Notes: generated by a model not told the origin, from the letters alone. 64,000 bases of DNA from Rhizophagus irregularis (GCF_026210795.1 NC_089433.1:4774001-4838000), one strand, 5' to 3'. Shown: positions 12,033 to 25,407, counted from the stretch's first letter. Numbers and translations are program-made.

Positions 12033-14254
12033 GATTTTTTTATGTTAAAGATTTTTTTTCTTTTTATTTGTTTATTTATTTATTTTTTTTTTTGAGGAAT
12101 CTTTCGGTCCGTCAGTCATTCTTTTATATAGAAATTTGCAAAAAAAAATGGTTATCTTATCTTTATTATAAAAATGAATCTTACCGTATATAACACAAAT
12201 AAACAAAAAGGAGTTGTAGAACGAACTTTGTAATTTCTTCATTTTATTATAATTATTGTTGCATATTATTTATCCATAATGAACTAATTATTAATTTATG
12301 CTGGTTTCCGTAGCACGAAGTCTTATTATTTCGATGTTATAATAAAAAAAAAACTCTAGAGAATATTTGTCAAGTATATCCAAGATATATTAAGATCCAT
12401 ATTAACAAAGAGCCTCATCAAGATAAAAAGTTTGGAGTGTTGATATATTGAAGCGAGAGTATGATAAGTTATAATTATAATAGTAATATACTAATGTTAA
12501 CGAGTATGAATATCTGGTGAAAAAAAAGCCAAAAAGAAGTAAAAAAAAGATATCTTCAAATCTTTTTAAAGTTCTATTATTATAGTGGCAGTACATTGAT
12601 AGAAAAAAGGCAGATACTATTAATTAAAAGAAATTTGGCAGAAAATGGTCCTTTATATATAATTTTTATATATTTGATGGTCTAGACCGGTCTCTAAAAA
12701 AGCCTTGGTAGTCCTCGATTGATTTGTGTAACTCTACGACAATTCATTTTATTCAACTTGTTTGAAAACCGGTTAATTGTTACAAAGTTTATATAAATAA
12801 ATCAAATAATAACATTCCTGTATTAATTTTATGTTACATAACATCAAATGAATGAAAAACAACCGTTTAAAGTAACGAAGGGCATAATCAAAATTTCAAA
12901 TAATAATTAATAAAGATTATCAAAAGTTTTTCGAACATTCCACGTTCTTATTATTTTTTACGAAAGAATTTAATTCTGATAAGACCAAGTGAAATAAACA
13001 AATAAATCAAATAAATTTATTGATATTTCCCAAATAGGATCAACGTTTGTGATACAATTCTAATAGTATATAAACATTTAAAAAATGATTTTCCGTGAAA
13101 GTCTAGTGCCCAAATTCATATGTGAATTTTTAATTAAGGATTCATTTTATTGCATAATGTAAATACTCGACATTGTTTATGTAACTTTAGTAATAATTGT
13201 ATTATCTGTTATAAAATTATGTAATATTTACGTAATTTGTGATCGCATGAAATTATATATCTTTTTTATTTTCATTGAACAAACTCTTTTTTCGGTTAGT
13301 TACCAAGTGATAATAATGAATGTACAGTATATGTAAGATATGTAAGTTTAAACGCTTGTATGAAATTAAATATGATCTAAATCCATCCAGATAATTCCGA
13401 TCCGAACACAAATAACGGATTATTTTCTGATACATCATCCATCCCGGATAAATTCCGATTTATATGTCGGCAAGCGCTATTGATGTTCCAATATCCGGTC
13501 CATAAGACTAGCAACAAATTTGGGAAGGTGAACATAATTGATGATCACATTTTAAACACGTGCATCATAAGGATCATTAAATAACGTGACCAAATATTGG
13601 TTTGTAAATTTACCAGTTTATGTAAAGACTTGACGAAAAAATTTTTTTATAACAACTGACATAATAATCAGTTACATTAATTCTCTATGAACGCTTTACA
13701 GGTGATAAATACCACAATAATAGGATAAAATGTAATTTTATTTCAATCATTGAGTTCAAGTTATTGGATTAAAAATTGCCCGCTAAACCAATAATATTAT
13801 TCGTATATGTAATTATGTATTGTTAGTATATATTATATAAATTTAGAAGCATCAGCCACAATTTCAAATCACGTAAATCACGTCCAGTAAATATTGTATT
13901 GTTCAAAAAAAGTAAATAATCATGAGACTATCATGAGTCATCTCTTTTGAAAAAAAAAAATTATGTTGATTATGACATAATTTTTTATACTCTGACTATA
14001 ACTAGAAAATTTATATAAAAGGCCTTTCCATCCACAAATTTTTTTAAAAAAAATTCTCTCTTCCTCTCTCCACAGCTGAGTAGCCAAAAAGACTATCGGT
14101 TCTCCTTCTCTCCAACGAAGTAAACAAAAAAAAGCTATTCTTTATTTTATTCCCATTTTATATTTCCTAAGTGAAAGCTTTATTTTTAGCAATGACTTAA
14201 ACATAAACCAGAGAAACAAAGCTTTTTTTGCAGAAGTAGACATAACCTAGGCGA

Positions 14255-14750
14255 AGAGAGTGGGTTGGGAGCGTGGGTTCGTGTGTGTAGGTGGTGGTGT
14301 TTTAACTTCTTTTTTTTCCTTCGTCTTTTTTTTAGGTCTTTCTTCTCTCTTTCAAGGTCTTCTCTTTATTAGGCCTTCTCTTAAGTTCCTTTCTTTGCGT
14401 CTTTTTTTAGGTACATGGTTATGTGTGGTTTGGGAGTGTGGTTTGGAGTGTGGGTTGTGGTGTTTTTTAACTTCTCTTTTTTTCTTCTTTTTTTTAGGTC
14501 TAACTTCTCTCCGTAAAGTCTTCTCTTTATTAGGCCTTCTCCCAGGTCCCTTTCTTTACGTTTTCCTTTAAGTATGTGAGTTGAGAGTATGGGTTAGGAA
14601 TGTGGGTTTGTGTGTTGTGTTTTAACTTCATTTTTTTTCGTCTTTTTTTTATTAGGCCTATCTTCTCTCTGCCAAGGTTTTTTCTTTATTAGGTCTTCTC
14701 TTAGACCCCTATTTTTACGTCTTCCTTTAGGTATGTGGGTTGGAAGAGTG
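14255..14750 (+). repeat. Degenerate tandem array of about 145-165-bp units (3 copies, with a fourth at about 15550-15690)
   Basis: Recurring unit: gtgttttaacttc-T-rich-ttaggtc..ttctct..aaggtcttctctttattaggccttctc..ttacgt..ttaggtatgtg(g/a)gttgggagtgtggg. Confidence 0.8.
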
Positions 14751-14764
14751 GAGGTTCACATATT

Positions 14765-15455
14765 TTCTTAAAGAAGTTCTTGAAAAAGAGTGCGTATCAA
14801 GTATTGAAAACGCAAAATTTTTTTTTTTTGATGTTTATACTTTGCATTTGTTATCTGACCTCTTATCATTGGATTGTATTTATTCTTTTTTTATTTATCA
14901 ATTACAGCATTATTTTGTATTGAAAACACTGGACAACAGATGAAAGTTCTCTGAATGGAGCATTACTGATTTTCTAGATGAGTGTAAATGGCTCAAGAGA
15001 CTTTAAAAGAGGTGTGTATTTTTTTATTTGCAAAGTGGGTAACTTCCTAAGTCAAAATTAGAACGGATAACTCATTGAGTCGGGGAGTTCACAAATTTTA
15101 CTTAGGGGGGTACTGGATTTGTTTGTTTGGGTTGGGTAAGGGTGAGCAAAGTGGGTAATTCCTATGAAATTACCTGCTTTTTCTTTTTTATTTTATTTTA
15201 TTTTTATTTTTTTTTATTCCCTTTTTTTTCTTTTTTATTTTTTTTATTTTTTTTTTATTTCTCTTGTTCACTTGATAACCAACTCAAGCAGATAAAATCC
15301 TACTTTGTTATTAGTAAAGTCTGCTAATTTTAAAAGGAGAAATTAGCTATGTCTTCTTTACCATTAAATAAAAATTTAGCACACTATTAATAATTTTTCT
15401 TTCTCATAATAGGTAAATGTAGAGATTTACAATCACTGGTAGAATGAAAAAATTT
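14765..15455 (+). repeat. Dispersed repeat, copy 1 (about 690 bp)
   Basis: Closely matches 25545-26292 (e.g. gagtcggggagttcacaaattttacttagg and ctcttgttcacttgataaccaactcaagcagataaaatcctactttg). Its first ~95 bp recur at about 15453-15547. Confidence 0.88.
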
Positions 15456-15789
15456 CTTAAAGGAGTTTTTGAAAAAGAGTGCATATTAAATATTAAAAAT
15501 GTGAAAATTTTTTTTTTTTTGATGTTTATACTTTATATTTGTTATCTGGTGGTGTTTAACTTCTTTTTTTTCATCATCTTTTTTTTTTAGGTTTATCTTC
15601 TCCCTGTTAAGGTCTTCTCTTTATTAGGCCTTCTCTTAGATCCTATTTTTACGTTTTCTTTTAGGTATGTGAGTTGGGAGTGTGGGGGTTTATTAGGGTA
15701 TATTAAATTTTTTTGAATTAGTGGGAAATGGTAGGATGTATGAACTAGAATGTACATGAAATTTAATTAATGCATTATTTTGTGAAACT

Positions 15790-16400
15790 AAAACGCAATG
15801 AGGGCGTAAGTCTCTGTAATAAGTTGTATGTTTGTCACAAACGGGACAAGGTTGTAAGGCAGGTTGGCGTTTTTTAGGCGTTAATTCAGATCTAGTGTCT
15901 GCAGTTAGATTCGGTATGTTTGAATCCCATGTAATTGTCCATTCATTTGGTGGTCGATAATATACAAGGGAAGAATGGATGTTTAGAGAAGTAAAAGTAA
16001 ATCGTAATGTAGGTTGTTGATTGAGAGGATTGAGAAGACGTCTATTATTGTTGGATATAGTGCCTTTGTTTTCTTGGCATTTGAATCATCCTGGAGTAGG
16101 TCCTTTAAATTTGTGTTGTTGATTTCGTTTCATGTATTGAGAAAATTTCCATCGATGGAGCAAAGTTGATCCACGAAAATGATACGTTTTTCTTTAATGA
16201 ATTAATATATGTGTTTTTAAGGTCGTCCCTTAGGTAGGGTTCGGATCAAGGTATCCGTGTGAGGTATGTAATTATTATGAAATTCATTATATAGTTGAAG
16301 TTCTCGCGTGAGAAGTGATTATTGTTTGTTGGTAAGAGGTGATAAAAGAAAATCTTTTGGCGTAGGAAAATGTGGGAGCCAATATTCATATTAATTTTTT
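15790..16400 (-). mobile_element. Degraded non-LTR retrotransposon (LINE-like pol) fragment
   Basis: Broken minus-strand reading KRIIFVDQLCSIDGNFLNT*NE...FKGPTPG*FK...QPCPVCDKH resembles, from memory, the region between RT and RNase H in Glomeromycota LINE-like elements. Multiple stops and frameshifts. Confidence 0.45.
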
Positions 16401-17132
16401 GTAGTCCTAGCATGGGCGTTTATATTATTATTTTTATTGCACTACATTGACTACAAGAATACTAATAACATGTATTTGTATTTGTCGGGATTTGGGCAGA
16501 ACCCGTGTATAGGGTTCATGTATTTTGCCCATCACTAACCAAAATTATCTTTATGAAACTTTTATCGCAATTATCACAAGAGCCGTTATTCAGCTGTGAC
16601 CTATAATACTATATATTTTTTTATTTTATTTTAAGCTTTGTAATCAAATAATCTTTTGGCAGTCAATCATTTTCATGCACTGTAAAATGGAATGGATTAA
16701 AAAGAAACCTAGGAAAGGGATATAAAATTAAGTTTGAGGAATCATATTGTAACCATGATTTTCACATGCGATAAAAGATCGGCATTTGACTGATATACTT
16801 GATATACATTCATTGTAAAATGAAAAGGTATAGTAGATCGGTCCATCTTGCAGATGAGATTTAATTTCAAAATGGGAAATATCATTAGATATATGTTAAA
16901 TTGTTTAGCTTATATTTTACTGGTCATGTAGCAAATGAAATAAATGAAATATAAAATTAGAGTTTTAACATTACCATTCTATTTTATTTTATTTCTTTAT
17001 TTTCCTATTTGAAAGATTAACAATACTGGATGCCTAATGTGATAAGCTTTTTCAGACTTATAAAAAAAACCAGCAGAATCAAAGCTCCTATAGTTATCCT
17101 TTCTAAATTTATTATAAAAAAACTCATCGATC

Positions 17133-17783
17133 ATGAAACACATAATTCTTACTATTATATTATTTCTTATATTCTTCAAAACTTTTGCTATTAAATCTTC
17201 TGTAAATTGTGATGGTAAGTTATCTAAGAACGACTTTTATTTAGTATTTTTTCCAAGATATCAAATGTTAATAATCAATCTATCTTTCTTACGCTTATGC
17301 TTTTTATGGTAAGATTTTTATTTTGATCCTGAAGGCATTAAATTTCTAGCAAATCATCAGGTCGAATTAACAATAAATGGACCACACAAAGTAGAAAGTC
17401 CTGGTAGTTTCACATGTTGTTTGCAACAAGGGCCAATTATGGTTGGTAATTATAAGTTTTCTATAGGTGGCACCACGATTTATACTGTTTTATCTGATTT
17501 TACATGGGAAAATGGATACAATATGGGAAATATCTTAGATGCGAATAATTGTTTGAGTAAAAGTTGGGGTAAATACTTTGACTGTAATACAATTTATGAA
17601 GGGCAATATGAATACACGCGGGTTGACAATTATGATCCCACAAATTTTCCCTCTCCAGGAGAAACTATTGGGTTGGAAGTTACTGTATATGCTCATTGTT
17701 TTAATCAATGTGAAACAATTTGCTTAAAATCTTGTACGATTACCGCTGGCATTTCTTATGATCCTCCACCACCACCAAAATAA
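17133..17783 (+). CDS. Small secreted cysteine-rich protein (candidate effector), 183 aa, 2 exons (17133-17214, 17314-17783)
   Basis: Signal-peptide-like MKHIILTIILFLIFFKTFAIKSSVNC. Intron G|GTAAGT...TAAG (17215-17313) joins in frame to the 17421 ORF. 9 Cys; ends YDPPPPPK. Confidence 0.85.
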
Positions 17784-18329
17784 ATGGATTCTTTTATTTT
17801 TATGATGTGTATTATTATTACATTTGCGCATTAGCTTATTTTAGTAATTTATATCAATACTTATAATAATATTATTTTTATAGATCTACAGTATAAGGAT
17901 ATGAATTTTTTAATTTTTTACCTGTTACTTTTGAAATAAGCAAAAATACATTTTATAAAATATGTATAAACAACGTGTAATTTAATTAATCATTTATGAT
18001 GTAACATGTTAAGCAACCATTTTTTGTTTTATTGATGGTTTTTTATTAACATGCAGTGAAGTTATAAGAAATTGTAAAAGAATAGGAATAGGCTTGATTT
18101 TACTGATTTCGATTATTTTTTTTTTTTATAGGTTTTCAAGTAATAATAAAATTTTACTACTGTTAATGCAGTGCTTGAGCATTGATTATCCGCCGCTATC
18201 CTTTAAAAAGGATATCCGCGGATATTTGGATAAATCTGGATTGAACAAATAAAAAAATTTTGATAATCCAACAAGGATATCCAGATATTATCCGTTAGCG
18301 GTAATTGACAATCACTTAAAAAAGAAATT

Positions 18330-19048
18330 TTCGAATTGTGGAGAGGTTATGATCACCAAAATAATAGTAATTCTGGTCGTAATTATAAATTTGACCTGAA
18401 TTACTACTCTGCAAGAATAATTTGTATTTCTGGATGAAACGGATACAAACTTTAATTAGAACCAATTAATGATCGAGTGTATTATACGTTTTATTCTGAG
18501 TACCAATAATTTTTAATTGTAAGCTCGAAGTACTCTAAATTTATTAATAAAGGGAAGAATTTTGGTGAGAAACAGATATTTTTAATATAAATTGTTTTAA
18601 TGTAATGGCTTTTCTTTCTATTGCTTAATTTTGTAATATTTTGATCTCTCTGAACTTGTGACAGCAAATAATTGTCAGTACATTAAAGAAATAACATTTA
18701 ACATTGTAGAAATAAATCAGTAGAATAAAATATCTATAATCCCTATAAAAAAATTGGATACAATTTTTTTTCCTTAAAAATAACGTATCTAATAGGAATA
18801 CGGAATAATGCACAATTCTGTATGATTAACTAATTAATAATTATACTTATATGTTTAATTATATCATTATTATCGTTATAGCGCGATAAACATTTTTTTG
18901 TAAAGAAGCGTCTCAATATATTCTTATTCACAAAAATACAATTTTTATTTTGTTCATTAAAAGAAATAAATTTAATTAGTATATGATTAGATTTAAATCT
19001 TAATGTTGGGTCAAAAAAATTTTCATCATTTGTATTTACAAGTTTCAT
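18330..19048 (-). pseudogene. Decayed N-terminus of a Glomeromycota kinase-associated Cys-rich family
   Basis: MKLVNTNDENFFDPTLRFKSNHILIKFISFNEQNKNC resembles the recurrent MELVNT..FDPTP.LKS.P.PI.F.PFN N-terminus (recalled). Continues in broken frames. Confidence 0.45.
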
Positions 19049-20528
19049 TAATGACTACATGTTATAAGCAAGTATTGATAACAATAACTAATTTGGAAAT
19101 TTTTTGGACGTATTATTTATATTTTTAATTATATCTGAAAATGAAAAGATGGAAATTTCTGTTAGTGATACAGAAAGTATTTCTAAAGGCATTTTGAATT
19201 ATTATGGGAAGTTCGTTTTGAAATACTTTATCGAAGGGTAAGTACATAACGATGATGCAATTGATACATTGACATTATTTTTATATAGTTAAGACGTATA
19301 TGATTAGCAAGTGGAAGGATTTTTAAATATTGCGTAATTATTAACCATTTCATCAAAAAGATAATGATGGAAATATAAATGAAACACAAATTAAGAAAGA
19401 AAACAAATAAAAATTGAAGGAAATCAATAATTGGACAACAATAATTTGAAAAAATGATGGATAAAAAGAATTTTCTAAATAATATGAAAAATAATTTTGT
19501 GCAACCAATTGGGCGTATAATAATCTCATTCCAAAGTTTGTCATAATAATTACTATCTAAAATGAACCGATATAATGCCATAAAGTCTCGTATTCATGAT
19601 TCACGATCATTTAAGGGGAATACTAGTCTACCCTTATGAGTAACAATAAATATTACGTAATACTGTATCAATTTATTTTATTAGTGTAAATTTTTGTAAA
19701 AATAACCTAAAAGGATAAAATTCATACGTTTAAAAAAGCAAAGTTCTAATATTGGTCATAAAATAATTAATTATAACGAGCATAAACCAAGCTTTATATT
19801 AATAAAATTCCGATAATTAAATTTTAATGCAAATAAAATTGTTTAAATATTCGATTTCCTTTGAATTCTAAATATATCTTTCAATACTATATTATTAGAC
19901 AATCCATATTAGTCTAATTGGCCGTTAGTTTTGAATATGATAGCTATTAATATAGAAAATTGCTAAAGCTTACCGGCGGTGATGGTCACCATATCAGCAT
20001 TATGACCAGAATTAAAAATCTAATAAAATACTGGCCAGCATTACATCATAATTTCACCACCGGTAATGTTTAAAATCAATTTTAATTGGTATGTTTAATT
20101 TGTGATATTTAAAAGGAATTCCATTTATTATTTTATTTACAGGTACAAACTATAAAATAAATTTGTTTAATACTTTATTTCTTAGTTATTATTACATAAG
20201 TTTATAATAATAATATGTAAATAACTACTTCCTTAAATAAAAATTTGTAAAAAAAGTAAAAAAAGAATATTAAATTCGTGTGATCACAGAATCGATGATT
20301 ACTTTGCATAGTGATTTTAATTTGAAAAATCTTTTTTCATAATATATAATATAATAAAATCATAAATTGAATTTCCTGAAAAAACCCGAAAAAATTATTC
20401 GCTATATAAGAATAAAACACTCAATCCTCTGGCAGACTTACATGGCAAATAATATTAAAAAGTAATGAGAAGAATATAGTCACTGATTATATTCCCTCTG
20501 TCCAGATCAAGAATTAGATAATGAGACA

Positions 20529-22033
20529 CTAATATGATTTCTTCATAACTTGAAAAACTTCATAATCATTAAAATTTGTATTTTTAAATAATGTAATTGG
20601 AATGTTAATATCAGGATAATTCCCTGAATGATCACCACTAACCAACCAAGTGGAACTTGAATAATAAAGATAGTGACCAAATATTGGTCCATTATTTTGA
20701 TAACAACCTATAGAAGCGTGACCACTACTATAGCCTGCTTTTGCAGATTTTATGTTCTTTCTATCTGTAAATAAGAACATAAAACTGTCTGTTGTATGCT
20801 TATAATTACAATACCTACTTGAATCCCAATCAAATGGATTATACCCACCAATTATTTGTTCTGTTCCATTGATTTTTACTATAACTATAGTTGCTCCTTT
20901 ATTATCACATTTTTCATGAAATGCTTCGGCTGTATTGCCGTCCCTGCTAGCCCTGTATAAGAGATTAAATTTATAGGGAATAGTTTCAAAATTGTCATAT
21001 TCTCCTTTTTTATTAATCCAATTTGCAAAAAACACAAAGCAATCTGATCGATCAATTATAACGGAATCAAATTGATATTTGGGACATCTTGGTGAAATTT
21101 TGAAAATTGATGCATATCCAGGAAGCATATGAAATTTTAAAATATCATCTCTTAATTCTTTCGATAAAATTTTTTTATAAGGTTTAACCTTATTGATATA
21201 ATCCTCAGATGATATTTCACAAAATCTAATTAAAGGGATGAATTTATAAAGAATTCTTTGAAATTGGCTAAAATTATCTTGATTCCATTTAGTAACATCT
21301 TGATCAAGTGTTCGTTCTTGGGCTAGTCCCCATTTGATTAAACTTTCCCAAACTTTAATTTCGGCTAAATCTAAATCATCTCGGTTTAAAATAATTTCTA
21401 GTAAAGGAGCAGGTAAATTGATAAACTTATTGGAATCGAATAAAACTTTAGGATCAGAACAAATTGTTTCCAAGCAAAATTCTTGTAGATTAACAAGTGA
21501 TTTATTATAATAAACAATTTGAAGAATTCCAACTGGATCATTTTGTAAGAATTGTTGATAATTTTCAATAATAAATTCTTCGGTAATTTTAGTTAATTGT
21601 TTCAATTTCAGTTCGTCGGAGGCGATCATAATATCCAAAAGCTCAGTTCCGGTTTTATTATCGAAATTAATATGACCAGTATAAAGATACCTTGTTAATA
21701 ATAATAATATAAAAAAAGATTTAAACACATGTAAACAATTTTAATTATATTTTCATACAAGGAATTTGAATTAACTTACTTAAGAATAGTATCAAAAGCT
21801 TGTGGAGTTATATTTTGTTTCTTAACTATATATTTTCCGTCTTTCTTCTCTATATTTTCAGCAGAAAGTATTTCATTAAAATATTCGGATCTAAAGCGCA
21901 AGATATTTGAGTGTACATGAAATTCCTTAAAATTATGTTCTTTTCCAATTTGAATAATAACATTATAATCTGTTTTAGTTTTAAGCATCTCTTCAAGCGC
22001 TTTTATGACATCAGATTCAAATTTATACGACAT
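20529..22033 (-). CDS. BTB/POZ-BACK-TLDc domain protein (2 exons: 22033-21780, 21690-20529)
   Basis: BTB (DYNVIIQIG..FHVHSNILRFRSEYF). Intron 21779-21691 (AA|GTAAGT...AAG) restores ILK-YLYTG. BACK-like EIKVWESLIKWG and TLDc (LLYRASRDG, FHEKCDNKG, GGYNP, DYEVFQV). Confidence 0.93.
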
Positions 22034-22299
22034 GATTCAACTAATATTATAATCTTTTATAAATAACAGAGCGTAAAGGGGATTAAGAGAAAGCGAAGCT
22101 TTTTTTTTTAAGAATATGCAAGTAGGCGCAATTTATGTAAATCAATGATTCTATAAATAGAAAATAGAATGGTTTAAATGATTAACGAATTCAATTAATT
22201 TCAGCCAATAATGTCTTAACTAATTTTGGCCATCAATTTTTAATTTCGGCCAAAATTTATGATATTACACTTACATAGTAAATTGTAAAATTCATGAAG

Positions 22300-23210
22300 A
22301 GTATCACAACGCGAAGCGTCCTTATTCTGTTAAAGCATTGGTCAATACAACTTCCGATGCAAAATTGCAAATCTTATCAACAAGAGGTTTCTCGAAGAAC
22401 ATGGAATAGAATACAAAACTACTAACAGGACATGGCAAATGTATATTGGAGATGCGGAAGGTAAGAAGGTTATATAAATTGCCTAGATTTGTCATTTGTT
22501 TACGAAGGAAAAGACGGAAGTGATGAGGTGTTAAATGATTCTGTGGTGGTAAAAGAGCCTAAAGCGGATCTCATATTAGGTTTGTTTACCATGGTTATGG
22601 TTACATGAAACAAAGATCGATAATACACGTAGAGGAAGGAAGGTAAATTTGTACCATTTTGCGAAGATAAAACTGTGACTTACGTCACCTCCAAACCAGG
22701 ATCTTAAAAAATGTTGCAGTGTTAATAATGAAAAGATTAATAATAGGCTGTACATTCGTTGACCTTCAATCTTTGACCAATGGTAACAAAGTAACCGTTA
22801 AAGCGTTGATTGACCCCAAATCTCAGTATAATAGTATTAGTGTGATGCTTGCCAGAAAATTGGATTTGTATATTACTAGGGTAGATGGGTCTGCTTATCC
22901 AGCAGTGGTGGACCTTGGCAAAGGCACAACAAATGCAGGTAAGGAGTGATGACAAGAAGATGGGTTCATGATGAAGAATTTTCCATTTCTTTGCCCAATA
23001 CCTTTGAGTCAGAAGTCCCTCGTATCGTATTTGGGAGATTCATACGAGCATTTCTTAGTAAAATATGATTCAGTTTTAGGAAATGTATGGCTAATGAGGC
23101 TGGTAGACAGGATCAATGGATGCAATGGAACATATTGGAAACTTAATGAAGAAAAAATTCGCTCTTATACAAGAAATAGCATTGATATACTGTCTCCTTT
23201 GTTATATTAA
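22300..23210 (+). pseudogene. Degraded retropepsin (aspartic protease)-like sequence with two tandem domains, probably TE-derived
   Basis: Fragments SVKALVNT...VVVKEPKADLILG.PWLWLHETKID and TVKALIDPKSQYNSISVMLARKLDL...DSVLGNVWL resemble retropepsin ALIDTG / D.ILG..WL motifs. Multiple stops and frameshifts; no canonical DTG. Confidence 0.5.
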
Positions 23211-23254
23211 TTCTACGATTTTTATTCCCTAAATTTACTGCAATTGGTTCAGAT

Positions 23255-23480
23255 TAGGGATTGGAATCGAAAATCGAATCTTTTCAAGATTTTTCTTATA
23301 GACGACCAATCTGACTTTGAATCAGTTTCTAATTTCAGCAAAAATAATCAGCACTTGGCCGGCATGAAAAATTACTTTGGAGTCAGGTTAACTTATATGT
23401 AAAAAATTGCTGAGAATCGATTCTCGAGAATTGATTTTACTATGTTTTGTCGATTTTCGATTAATCGATTCCAATCCCTA
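23255..23480. mobile_element. hAT-type MITE, 226 bp
   Basis: Perfect 16-bp TIR TAGGGATTGGAATCGA, perfect 8-bp TSD GTTCAGAT (23247-23254 and 23481-23488), and internal AATCGA subterminal repeats. Confidence 0.95.
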
Positions 23481-23639
23481 GTTCAGATGGAGAGGTTAAA
23501 ATTACCAAGTTTTCTGAACATAATGCAGATGAAAAAAAACATGACTTCTATGGCAAGCCAAGTTGGACTAAACTATCAGGCATTAGGCGGGTGAAAAATC
23601 AAGCATGGATTGACAAAATGTTACACCGTGCCTGACATT

Positions 23640-23820
23640 TTACCTGTTCTTTATCTGTTCATGCTTGATAACTGCTTGATGTTTTATCTGTACGTGCTTG
23701 ATGATTTTATCTGACCATGCTTGACATTTTTATCCGTCCGTGCTTAATGATTTTATCCATCTGTGCTTGATATTTTTGTCCGTCTGTGCTTGATGTTTTT
23801 GCCCAACTGTGTTTGATTTC
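23640..23820. repeat. Minisatellite of about 22-23-bp units (about 8 degenerate copies)
   Basis: Recurring tgcttgat(g/a)..tttat(c/g)(t/c)gt unit spanning the 3' end of the KH ORF. Confidence 0.75.
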
Positions 23821-24170
23821 GTATGCGGCATTCTTCGTTTTTTATGGTTTCTTGATGTTGCATGTTGATGAATACCATTATCTGAAATTCTACTATTATT
23901 TTTCTCTTTTTCTATATCTTTTTTTCGATTTCTTACTTCAATATCTTCTAGTAAATTGTCTATTTGACATATCGCTTTATTGATCCATTCCCAAAGCGAA
24001 ATATTTTCATCTTTAAATTTATATTCTTTATTTATTTTAATTTCAATTTGTCGAGGATTTACTTTTGTATTAATGTAAATGCATGTACCAGTCCCTCTTT
24101 CAATGGGTTTTATGTTACGTCCTCCACGACCAATCAATTTACCAACTTCTACATTTTCGGAAATTTCCAT
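23730..24170 (-). CDS. KH-domain RNA-binding protein, about 146 aa
   Basis: From ATG 24170: MEISENVEVGKLIGRGGRNIKPIERGTGTCIYI has the KH GxxG loop (IGRGG), followed by a basic tail (RNHKKRR). Confidence 0.8.
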   Translation of the reverse strand: MEISENVEVGKLIGRGGRNIKPIERGTGTCIYINTKVNPRQIEIKINKEYKFKDENISLWEWINKAICQIDNLLEDIEVRNRKKDIEKEKNNSRISDNGIHQHATSRNHKKRRMPHTKSNTVGQKHQAQTDKNIKHRWIKSLSTDG

Positions 24171-25407
24171 AGTGGTTGTATAGTTGAGTTTCTGATGGAA
24201 TTTTGCATTTTTGTTTATGAAGAATTTAAAGATGATATATTGTTGTATTTTTTTTTTTATTATAGGAGGAAAAAAAATATATATGATTTTTTTTTGATAA
24301 ATTTTTTTTGAAAAATGCGAACTCAAAATGGAGGAGTATTTATAATTTAGCAATTTTTTTGCGAAGTTATGTATAAACTATAAACAAAAACATATCGTAA
24401 AATCATTTTATTAACATAAAACCAACAAAAATTTTTATATTTGTTATTATTTTTAATTAACAAAATCATTTTATTTTAATTAACAAAGACAATGTTTTTG
24501 ATGTCGAGCCATGAAATAAAAATCTATTTTTAAATTGGTTTTATTATAAAAGGTAATTATTATTCTCTTTTAAGCATGAAAAAGAATGTTATTGAATTAA
24601 TATAACTGATTGTCAAGACTAGGATACTTTTGTCTGGACGATCAATGAGTCTTGCGCCACAGATTGTGTTATTGAAAGAAATGTTTTTGTTATCAATTGC
24701 CTACTGCGCTATTAACTATCAACTATTTTTTATTCATAATTAATATGATAATATTATGATTAATATATATTACGGATAAGACACCTAAATAATTTATTTG
24801 TCACATCAGATAGTCAATAAAATAGTATATTATAATTCTTTTAAAATTATATATAAAGTATTTATACTGATTATTACTATCTTCTAGAAGATTATATAAT
24901 ATATTACTAATCACGACAATTGATTGATTGATTGATAACTATAGGTTACTTTTTCTGATATTATATTTAACTTCAAATATGGTTACTAATCACAAAGCCA
25001 CAACTTTGTTTGCTGAATTTGAATTTAACTCATATTCGAAGTATTGATTATTATAATCAATTTTTTTTTTTTGCAAATAAATATTATATTATAATTCTTT
25101 AAAATTTTTACAATACGAATTGTCATAATTGACTATTATTTACACATATATTGAAGATGTGATGATTCCTTTATTTTAAAAATTTAAATTTGAATAATTT
25201 GATAGGCGCGTACAAAGTATTAACAAGCTCCACATTGCAGAATCACATGACGATCATCAGTCATCATTTTTTTTCCCACGACGCGATTTTTTTTACAAAT
25301 ATATATACTCTCAACATATATACCATCAGTTTTCTCTACTGTTTTCTTTTCTTTAAAAAAAAAAATACTCTCTAAAAAATAAAAATACTCTAAAATCCTT
25401 CACTTCG

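Noticed and set aside
14260..15327. Phe/Leu-rich ORFs (14260-14571, 14735-14943, 15127-15327; also 25899-26174) as membrane proteins
   Set aside because: They are translations of T-rich repeat DNA, mostly with non-ATG starts.
16408..16536. Possible hAT MITE (TAGCATGGGC...GCCCATCACTA)
   Set aside because: The TIR match is short and gapped, and there is no TSD.
18170..18318. GGATA/TATCC-rich patch as a MITE
   Set aside because: The termini match only weakly and no TSD was found.
19970..20066. 13-bp inverted repeat TTACCGG(C/T)GGTGA
   Set aside because: Probably a TE remnant, but too short to classify and without a TSD.
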